Of a stretch of 64,000 nt of DNA, positions 56,752 to 64,000 are shown piece by piece. Where the stretch lies: IMG/VR virus record IMGVR_UViG_3300020139_000001, positions 1-64,000 of that record; one strand, written 5' to 3'. Position numbers and translations under genes: made by a program. Every line of letters begins with the position of its first letter. Position 1 is the stretch's first letter. This stretch comes from a virus. The notes below the pieces were generated by a model. It was not told the DNA's origin, did no database searches, and saw only the letters and a list, made by a program, of their open reading frames with translations.

Positions 56752-57803
56752 TGTTTTGGTCCCCAGAAAAGAAGTACAGTTTTAGAAGAGAGATCCTCAT
56801 AACCTGGAGTGAGTATATCCAGAGTTACTTCTAGCCTAGTAGGGAAGATGTCACTCGTTTTGACACCTATGTTAGCTTCCAAAGGTCGGTTCTCGTTAGC
56901 ATCCCAAACTGCAAACGCTAACTCCGTAGTAGGAGTCCAAATGAGGAGTATTGCAGGAGTGGAAGTAATATATGCCCAGCCTGTAGGCCTAAATCCTAGG
57001 TCTGCATTCAATGCTAATGCTCCCGCAAGTAGTGGCAAAGTAGCGGTCTGGTCATACTTTACTGAATACCAGACATAGGATATTTTTCCTACATCCGACC
57101 AGACCATAGATACTGGGATTGAGGCCATATATTCAAATGGGAAAGAAACCTCGTACAACTGGTCTCCAGCTATACTATAGCTAGGTGCACTTGAGAGCTT
57201 CACTAAGGGCTTAAATTGTAGAGTGAAATAATAGTGCTCCTCACCAGTTATGCCCAAGTATGCATGACTGAGTTTGGGACTCTGCAGTAGGATATCTCTC
57301 CAGGTAGGCTTTTCTTGCTCGATCAATCTGATAGGCACGAGTAATGGAAACTCCAAAAACCCGATGTCCACATACCTGTTATTCCATCGAGCAAGCATAT
57401 TTATGATAATGTCGTGAGCAAACACTGGGGAGTGGGATTGAATAGTGATCTCAAAGGTCCCGTGTACTCGTAAGAAATGCAACCAGATCTTCAGATCGTT
57501 GGAATCGAAGAATGGTAGACCTAGAGAAGAGGACATTGGTATAGTTCTATATATACGCCAAGGCCAGTTAGTTCGCTCGTCGATTTCTACACTTTGTGGT
57601 CTAGCTACAATAGCTATGTCATCGGGTGCGAGCACTATATTATCTGGTACCTCTTCTTGTACTCTTAATTGAAATCCAGGCCAGAAACCTTCGATAGACT
57701 TCCAAGCTATCCTAAGAGGGGAGAGATCATCTCCAATGTAGTTCAACATGTAATAGTAGAGAGTGTAAAGAGGTCTATCAGAGAGAACTACATTAGTAAT
57801 CAT
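56748..57803 (-). CDS. Virion structural protein (possible tail completion protein)
   Basis: Context only. Confidence 0.4.
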   Translation of the reverse strand: MITNVVLSDRPLYTLYYYMLNYIGDDLSPLRIAWKSIEGFWPGFQLRVQEEVPDNIVLAPDDIAIVARPQSVEIDERTNWPWRIYRTIPMSSSLGLPFFDSNDLKIWLHFLRVHGTFEITIQSHSPVFAHDIIINMLARWNNRYVDIGFLEFPLLVPIRLIEQEKPTWRDILLQSPKLSHAYLGITGEEHYYFTLQFKPLVKLSSAPSYSIAGDQLYEVSFPFEYMASIPVSMVWSDVGKISYVWYSVKYDQTATLPLLAGALALNADLGFRPTGWAYITSTPAILLIWTPTTELAFAVWDANENRPLEANIGVKTSDIFPTRLEVTLDILTPGYEDLSSKTVLLFWGPKQ

Positions 57804-57805
57804 TG

Positions 57806-59008
57806 TTATTCCTCTGTTTGATCTGGGATCACTACTATCTCCCCTGTTCTTTCTAGTTCGTCTACTCGTACCTTTTTAGCTTCCCTACTGAGTATCCTTC
57901 TGTGAGATACTAAGGGTGCGAGCACCTCCGATGCTAATGGTGCACCAGTAGCAGAAGTAGTCTTTCCTATCTCACTATCACGTATAAAGGTAGCAAACAA
58001 TGGCGAAAAGGTAGCAACTACGTTCACGCCTAGCTGCAGTCCGTCATCCGTTGTAACCTCAGGACACGAGATACTTAGACTCTGCAAAAAACCTACGGGC
58101 ATGTAGAACAGCCCTGGCACAAAAATACGTACTTGTGGAGGAGACATGAGAGCAATACCACTTCCCATTAGTATAGGTGCAGTAAGGGTAGTAAGCACAC
58201 TAAGTGGTACCACTATGTCCTCCCAAACTTTCTCAACTGTTGGTTCGGAAGCGTAAAAATGAATAGAAAACTTAACGGTAGGTCTATAGGCTGTACCATC
58301 CCAAACGGTGGGAAGTTCGACTCTACCACCTGAAATTACGTTTGCAACCCAAGACTTACTTTTAAGAGCTTTCTCTTGCAATGTAGTGAACCAGTTTGAC
58401 ACAGTTACTCCAAACTGTTCCAATAAAGAACCTCTCACTTCTTGTCGCCTAGGAGTATATGCCAACAGTGTTCTCATCTTAGCACTTCCCCATTGGACTA
58501 AATGAGCAAAAGCGTTCTCCTCATAAGATACCTCTATATCTTGGGAGAACTCCTCTACGTCTACTACATAGACGAACGAGTTCTCCTTTAGAGAACCCTC
58601 GCTTATCTCCACAGGAAAGCTATCTGGTAAGCCAGCGATCTGTTTTATGTTTTTCAGAACGATAGACACTCTCTGGTTAAAGAACTCTCTAGCATCCACA
58701 GCGTCAAAGCCGCCAGAAGTGAAGTTCCAAAAACTGTTCATTCGAAATCTGCCCACTTGTATATACAGTTTACGGTAACGCTGCAATACGGAATCAACAT
58801 CCTGCCCCTCAACTAAGGTGGAAGACAAAATGACAGGTGGAGCTCCCCAGACAGTGGGTACTTTAAGGGTGGTCTTCGGAAGTGAAACCTCAGACAGTTG
58901 TGTAGGAACAGTACGTGGAGTTATAGAGGTAGTGTCACAAGGAGGCACTACACGAGGTCTATCTATTGGTGTAGGGATTGTAGACTGATTGCGTGCTATA
59001 GCTCCCAT
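57806..59008 (-). CDS. Baseplate / tail-tube initiator-like protein (gp48-like)
   Basis: RVELPTVWDGT.Y...KFSIHF...SPPQVRIFVPGLF..P.GFLQSLSI tube-fold pattern. Confidence 0.5.
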   Translation of the reverse strand: MGAIARNQSTIPTPIDRPRVVPPCDTTSITPRTVPTQLSEVSLPKTTLKVPTVWGAPPVILSSTLVEGQDVDSVLQRYRKLYIQVGRFRMNSFWNFTSGGFDAVDAREFFNQRVSIVLKNIKQIAGLPDSFPVEISEGSLKENSFVYVVDVEEFSQDIEVSYEENAFAHLVQWGSAKMRTLLAYTPRRQEVRGSLLEQFGVTVSNWFTTLQEKALKSKSWVANVISGGRVELPTVWDGTAYRPTVKFSIHFYASEPTVEKVWEDIVVPLSVLTTLTAPILMGSGIALMSPPQVRIFVPGLFYMPVGFLQSLSISCPEVTTDDGLQLGVNVVATFSPLFATFIRDSEIGKTTSATGAPLASEVLAPLVSHRRILSREAKKVRVDELERTGEIVVIPDQTEE

Positions 59009-59010
59009 AG

Positions 59011-59208
59011 TTATGGTTCCATCAGTTCTTGATAAACACTATCGAAGGTGTCTAATGCTTCCGGAGTATAAGTAGGCAACATTACTGGATCCACAGGATA
59101 AGGTACCACAAGCTCAAAAGCAGTAGGTATGGCGGTAGGATTTGCATCATACCATATGTTATAGATAAAGGTATATACTTCCTTCCAGTTCTTTGGTAAT
59201 GAGCTCAC
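59011..59208 (-). CDS. Small hypothetical protein
   Basis: In operon; SD present. Confidence 0.45.
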   Translation of the reverse strand: MSSLPKNWKEVYTFIYNIWYDANPTAIPTAFELVVPYPVDPVMLPTYTPEALDTFDSVYQELMEP

Positions 59209-61995
59209 CTATCCCTCCTTGCAAATCTCCACATCACTTGCTTTCTCGAACTTCACAAGATCCTCAGAGCCTCCGTCTGTACTAACGGGATTTAGGACGT
59301 TCTGAATGGAGTTTACCACGTTAGTAACAGCTTGAGCAACCTGCCCAGGTGTAGAAAGAATGGAATTGACCGCATTCTGAATAGCTGCAATTGATTGTTG
59401 TATTTGTGAGGCAATGTATCCTGGCATAGCCGCAAGAGAGTTCAGGTGCGAGACCATAGCGTTCAAACTATTAGCAATAGATTGGAACATTGCAGTAACT
59501 TGCTGGAGTGCACTCAATGCACCAAAAATAGGAGTAGTAACAACCGACAACAAGTTGCTAACTGTAGAGGTGATGTTGCCTATGGTGGCTGCTATACCGT
59601 TTGTCAAGCCTGAGAGTGTTCCTAGTACGCTACCTACAGTAGACACGACGTCATTATGGAGAGATTGCGACCACGCTTCCATACTGTATAATGCTCCAAA
59701 CTGCTGCCATGGTGTACTCGTTGTGTAGAATGATAGATGAGGATGGATGTTTGCACTTGCAACGCTTGGAGAAGATACAGTCTGATTCACTCGAGTCCTA
59801 ACTTCTGCTAGATCCGAGTCCAGCCTTTCTCTATCTGGTATCGTAAGAGTAGGTGGAAGCGTGTTCGCAACCGTAGTAGTGTTCACTACTTCCTCTATCG
59901 TTGGCTCTAGGACCGTGTTCAAGTGTGCGTATCCATTGGATACAACATTGTTTAGTTCTTGAATGTAATCCCTAAGTGCTCTTCCATCCAAAGGATCATC
60001 ATGAGATATCAAGCGCTTGTTCTTTAGAGACGTAAATCGCGAATCCAGATAGCTCTTGAGCGGAGTAAGCAAGTCTACATCTTTCAAATACCATCTTAAA
60101 AGATCTAGTACAGAACTTACAATAACTTCTATCGATTGTTGAGAGTACTCTTGTGCGGCTTGTTCTACTTCATTTGTGAGAGCTTTTAAAACAGCATATA
60201 ATGTGGGTCTTTCTACGTATGGTGTTATAATGGTAACCCAATCTGTACGTGAGGTAATTCCAACAGATACAATCTTATAAAGTTCCAATTTGTCTGGTCC
60301 GGAGAGATGTACATCAGAATGCTCCCCTAGATAGGTATCCACAATTTGGCGAGCAACCTCAGAAGCTGATCCAATTAAGTGTTTAGAGAGAGTATCCCTT
60401 AAAGATGCAGCTAGTTCCTCGTACAGTGTACCTAGATAAGAGTCGACTAACACTCTTGGCCACGATTTATAGGATTCCCATAAAGTGAGGCAACTTGTAT
60501 AGTGCTCCAAAAGTGTCGTGAGTGGAAACCCAGTAGGTAAAAGACGGCGACGAAGGTTCTGCAACCTACTAGAGACAACATTGACAACTATAGGAGTCCA
60601 ACTAGGGTTCCAGTAAGGTGTTATAGTTTCAGAAGAAAGGTAAGGCTGGAGATAGTCGGAGAATATGGAGTTAGCTAAACTTGTCTTTTCTGAGTCGCTA
60701 GCATCCCACCAAGCACAAGTAATACAGAACTTAATCATCTCTTTCCATTGTTGATTAGTACCTACATAAGAGGACCCTATCGAGTACAGCATACTGAATA
60801 ACAACTTTCTGTCGAAGAGTCTATCAGCTCCACCGACGACACTATATTCTTGGATATAGATATAGAGCTCCTTCATTAGTGTGGAATATCTCTCAGGACT
60901 ACGCTTGAAGGACAAGACAGTTCTAGGACTAGTGTAGTTGTTTATAGCTTGTTGTACCAAATTAGTTACATTAGGGCTCCAAACCACAGAAAATGATTGG
61001 ATCAAATAATCTCGCAAGTCGGTAAACGAAACTATGGTAGGAGGCATACTTTGGTTGAATACATCACATTGTGCTTCTAAGAGAGTGGCGTAGCTGCTTG
61101 CTATGAAAGCACTAATATGTTGTAGAGCAGACATAAGAGATGGATAATGTGCAGTAGGATAAGATTGCAGAACTCTTGCACTAGCCTCTAATGGTATCCC
61201 CACTAGAAGTTCTGGCAGATTGTATTGTAGGAAGAATGCTTCCACCAGCCCAAAACACTGTTTCCAAATTTGGGATAAGATATCTCTCTGCGTGTAAGTG
61301 TTGGATGGATGCCAAGCAGACTCCCAGAAGATCTCCATAATCTCTAGTTTGGGAGCAGCAAGCCTTGCGAGTGTATCGTCCTCCCCCACCCATTGACTTA
61401 AGAAATAGTAAGTCAGATAAAGATCTCCGCCTCTAATGATACTCTCTGCTTGAGTCTCAATAAATTGACTTACTAAGTAAGGAGCCAATCCCTTCTTGGG
61501 ATCCACTCCTTGATAATGTAGTGTGTTACACAAGTCTCTCCACAATGTCTTCAGTTGTTCAGGAGCTGAAATGGAGGCTTCAATGTAGTTGCCCAACTTC
61601 AGAAATGGAGCATCTTCTTCCTTCACGCTGTCAAGAAAAGTTACTATGTCACCAATCCACTGTTTAACATCTGCTACACTAGCGACTCCATTAACTAGTG
61701 GGTCTCGATAGTTCTCCCATACTACATGTTTAAAGATGGGAGTCCAAGAGGAAGGAATATCTACGTTTGGTTCCTCTTCTACAGAGTGCACTATGTTGGT
61801 TACAATAGCTCTGTTCAATCCATAGATGGATTTCAATAAGGAGGAGACACTTCCAGTGGAAGCAACACTAAGTAGAGCTCTAACGGAAGCCACTTTCGAT
61901 ATATCAAACGTAGGAACACCCCAAGTCAGTTTGTACTTGGAGTACAAGAATTCCGATCTCATATCTATTTTTGTTACACTACTTGGGACACCCAA
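59209..61995 (-). CDS. Large hypothetical virion protein with C-terminal amphipathic S/T/N/Q/A-rich helices
   Basis: 928-aa ORF; exact start uncertain. Confidence 0.55.
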   Translation of the reverse strand: MGVPSSVTKIDMRSEFLYSKYKLTWGVPTFDISKVASVRALLSVASTGSVSSLLKSIYGLNRAIVTNIVHSVEEEPNVDIPSSWTPIFKHVVWENYRDPLVNGVASVADVKQWIGDIVTFLDSVKEEDAPFLKLGNYIEASISAPEQLKTLWRDLCNTLHYQGVDPKKGLAPYLVSQFIETQAESIIRGGDLYLTYYFLSQWVGEDDTLARLAAPKLEIMEIFWESAWHPSNTYTQRDILSQIWKQCFGLVEAFFLQYNLPELLVGIPLEASARVLQSYPTAHYPSLMSALQHISAFIASSYATLLEAQCDVFNQSMPPTIVSFTDLRDYLIQSFSVVWSPNVTNLVQQAINNYTSPRTVLSFKRSPERYSTLMKELYIYIQEYSVVGGADRLFDRKLLFSMLYSIGSSYVGTNQQWKEMIKFCITCAWWDASDSEKTSLANSIFSDYLQPYLSSETITPYWNPSWTPIVVNVVSSRLQNLRRRLLPTGFPLTTLLEHYTSCLTLWESYKSWPRVLVDSYLGTLYEELAASLRDTLSKHLIGSASEVARQIVDTYLGEHSDVHLSGPDKLELYKIVSVGITSRTDWVTIITPYVERPTLYAVLKALTNEVEQAAQEYSQQSIEVIVSSVLDLLRWYLKDVDLLTPLKSYLDSRFTSLKNKRLISHDDPLDGRALRDYIQELNNVVSNGYAHLNTVLEPTIEEVVNTTTVANTLPPTLTIPDRERLDSDLAEVRTRVNQTVSSPSVASANIHPHLSFYTTSTPWQQFGALYSMEAWSQSLHNDVVSTVGSVLGTLSGLTNGIAATIGNITSTVSNLLSVVTTPIFGALSALQQVTAMFQSIANSLNAMVSHLNSLAAMPGYIASQIQQSIAAIQNAVNSILSTPGQVAQAVTNVVNSIQNVLNPVSTDGGSEDLVKFEKASDVEICKEG

Positions 61996-62024
61996 GGACT
62001 TTATTACTTATGGGGAATCTCGTA

Positions 62025-62072
62025 TAATACATATATTTATCTTTCTGCCTAAGAACGTAGAGCCTTGGCTCT
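62025..62072 (+). promoter_or_regulatory. TAATACATATATTT motif plus AGAGC-CTTG-GCTCT hairpin
   Basis: Same architecture as at 8665 and 29118. Confidence 0.55.
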
Positions 62073-62099
62073 GAAAACATTCATTTTTGGAGGTGTGTA

Positions 62100-63137
62100 A
62101 TGCTAAAAACGAAAGTCTCTTTTCAAAGTGCAAAGAGGATCGTAAAGACGGTCCTCTCTGCAAAAAGAACCGTCTTCCTATTTGGTCCTCCTGGTGTAGG
62201 GAAGTCTGCTCTTGGGAGAGAGATAGCTCAAGAACTCGGTGCAGAACTGTGCCTATTGGACGCTCCACTAGTGCAGCCGATCGATTATCTAGCTGCAGTA
62301 CCGAATCACGAGATGAAGAAAGTAATGCTGTACCCTACAGGTTTCATACCTGAAAAAGGTCCCGCAGTTGTGCTAGTGGATGATCTCCCCCATGCCAAAC
62401 CATATCAACAGGCCCCTCTACTGCAAATGGCACTAGATAGGAGGATAGGACCTATCAAGTTCAGCGACGATGTGTATTTCATCCTCACAGGGAATCGTGA
62501 GGAAGACTTAGCAGAAGTGAATCCCATAATCTCACCACTTTTGAATAGACTAGTTCAGCTTGAACTAGAACCTTCATTAGAAGAGTGGCTAGAGTGGGGT
62601 GGGGAGACCATCAGGGAAGAGGTGCAGGCCTTCCTGAAGGCCTATCCGACCGAGTTCGTAAGGGTTCCTCAAGAAGGTCAAAGTGCATGGCCCACTCCAA
62701 GAAGTTGGCACATCCTCAGCGACTGTCTCAACTACGCTGAGAGGTTGTCTAGTGAAGAGGTACGTGCACTCGCTTACGGAACAGTAGGAGAGTACACGGG
62801 TGGTCTGTTCTTTACATTTGTAGCCCACTTACGTGGGATCGACCCTACGAGAATTGTAGAGAAGGGGGAGATCCCGCAGGAGACAGCAAGAGAGAGAGTA
62901 TACGCATACATGTACGCGGTATGCTCCCTCCTGAAGGGGAAAGGAGTCGAATACTTGAATAAATGGGCGAAGAATATTGTCAAATTCTTCGACCAACTTC
63001 CTGGTGAGTTCAAAACTGCTATGCTAAAGGAGCTGTGCTCGGATCGAGGGAAAAAGACCAGCATGGACCTAGTCGAAGAGCTGCGGAAGCACAGCCCTCA
63101 AGTCGATAAGCACCTACTTTCGTTATTGAGGGGGTGA
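62100..63137 (+). CDS. MoxR-like AAA+ ATPase
   Basis: GPPGVGKS, LVDDL, TGNREED, PLLNR and WPTPRSW. Confidence 0.88.
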   Translation: MLKTKVSFQSAKRIVKTVLSAKRTVFLFGPPGVGKSALGREIAQELGAELCLLDAPLVQPIDYLAAVPNHEMKKVMLYPTGFIPEKGPAVVLVDDLPHAKPYQQAPLLQMALDRRIGPIKFSDDVYFILTGNREEDLAEVNPIISPLLNRLVQLELEPSLEEWLEWGGETIREEVQAFLKAYPTEFVRVPQEGQSAWPTPRSWHILSDCLNYAERLSSEEVRALAYGTVGEYTGGLFFTFVAHLRGIDPTRIVEKGEIPQETARERVYAYMYAVCSLLKGKGVEYLNKWAKNIVKFFDQLPGEFKTAMLKELCSDRGKKTSMDLVEELRKHSPQVDKHLLSLLRG

Positions 63138-63141
63138 GGAG

Positions 63142-64000
63142 ATGTCGGTATCAGTAGAGAAAATAGAAAATGCTTTGTCAAAAATAATGGTTTGGTTTCC
63201 AGAGTTCGCTGCCTTGATGTTGAAGTGGGAGATAATATCGCAAGAGGGTCTAGGGACTCTGGCAACCAACTACGAGCTGCTCCTATACGATCCCAAGTTC
63301 GTACAGGAGCTGTCTCCCAACCAGCTAGCAACAGGCATCATCCACGAGGCGGTCCATGATGCAATGTTGCACCCCACGCAGCTGACAGAAATCCAGATGA
63401 GTGGAAGGGACCCCAGTCTTTGGAGGGTAGCGGCAGAGGTCGTTACCAATGCCATAACACTAGACCTCATTCGGAAAACCCCCTTCTCGTTCCCAGGCGG
63501 CTTTTACGACCCGATTCGGGGTGAACGGGTGAGCGGCGTAAGCAACGGTCCTTACGTATTCCTCTACGCCCCTGAGGGACACGACCATACTGTAGAGGAG
63601 GTCTACGAAATCCTCTACAAAAAATGGGGCTCGCGAGCCTCTCAGAGGGCAAGCGAATGTTTGAACGCTAACAACGTCGCTTGTGTTAAAGACGTTTTAG
63701 CACCCAGCGGAAGATCTGAGTCTGGACAAAAAGAACGAGAGGAAACTGGAGGAGACAAGGAGAAGGCTTCAGAAAGTTCTGGCGGAAGCCAAGGTAGTAG
63801 TTGGAGGGATAGCACAGAGAGCGTACGTATCGATGACGCTACCTCCGTATTGGCAGCTATCTCCCAACGTCTTGCGGGGAGGGTCCCCGTAGGCGTCGCT
63901 CGCCTATTGCAAAAACTAGTAAGAGGACGGATTCCTTGGCAAAGAATCCTTCGGAGGTTCGTAGCGGAGGTACAGCAAGGCATGGACGAACCAAGTTGGA
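63142..64000 (+). CDS. DUF2201-type putative metallopeptidase / VWA partner of MoxR (runs off the right edge; not in ORF track)
   Basis: My translation: MSVSVEKIEN...GTLATN..LLYDPKFV...IIHEAVHDAMLH...WRVAAEVVTN...IPWQRILRRFV...EPSW. Contains HExxH. Confidence 0.8.
   Translation, partial: MSVSVEKIENALSKIMVWFPEFAALMLKWEIISQEGLGTLATNYELLLYDPKFVQELSPNQLATGIIHEAVHDAMLHPTQLTEIQMSGRDPSLWRVAAEVVTNAITLDLIRKTPFSFPGGFYDPIRGERVSGVSNGPYVFLYAPEGHDHTVEEVYEILYKKWGSRASQRASECLNANNVACVKDVLAPSGRSESGQKEREETGGDKEKASESSGGSQGSSWRDSTESVRIDDATSVLAAISQRLAGRVPVGVARLLQKLVRGRIPWQRILRRFVAEVQQGMDEPSW

Noticed and set aside
156-63983. Numerous 60-200 aa antisense or alternate-frame ORFs in the track (e.g. 156-611, 7585-7977, 31070-31270, 54663-55253, 63642-63983)
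   Set aside because: They are shadows of well-supported genes or of the structured RNA, with no SD or motifs.
1-64000. Stop-codon reassignment, inteins/introns and tRNA genes
   Set aside because: Core genes are full length in the standard code with TAA, TAG and TGA all used as stops. No intein-sized insertions appear in the polymerase, RecA, helicase or ligase. No cloverleaf or T-loop signature was spotted by eye (tRNAscan not run).

Overview
This 64-kb window is a piece of a large tailed-virus genome, a myovirus with T4-like structural genes. It most likely infects a bacterium, given RecA, a family A DNA polymerase, a sigma-like factor and GGAGG Shine-Dalgarno (SD) sites. The genetic code is standard and coding is dense. 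Layout: (1) 1-8.5 kb (+): end of a tape-measure-like gene, then the head module (acidic protein, portal, prohead protease, major capsid). (2) 8.7-31.4 kb (mostly +): replication, recombination and DNA modification, including a split SbcC with SbcD, a sigma-like factor, a UDG-PolA fusion, primase, SSB, RecA, SF2 helicase, a Cas4-like nuclease, ATP-dependent ligase and a 7-deazaguanine set (QueE, Gat-QueC, DpdA-like). (3) 31.5-62 kb: tail, baseplate and fibre genes on both strands, plus a pyruvoyl-dependent arginine decarboxylase and membrane proteins. (4) 62.1 kb to the end: a MoxR AAA+ ATPase and its metallopeptidase/VWA-type partner. The most notable signals not explained by the ORF track are: a ~255-nt highly structured RNA that buries the SD of an unannotated 29-aa hydrophobic peptide (31036-31381); three multi-TM proteins sharing an N-terminal capsid-targeting-like propeptide; two phage-specific promoter motif families; a probable programmed frameshift after a gp26/tail-chaperone-like gene; and a four-copy unknown domain family. 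All assignments come from reading motifs by eye; no searches were run.
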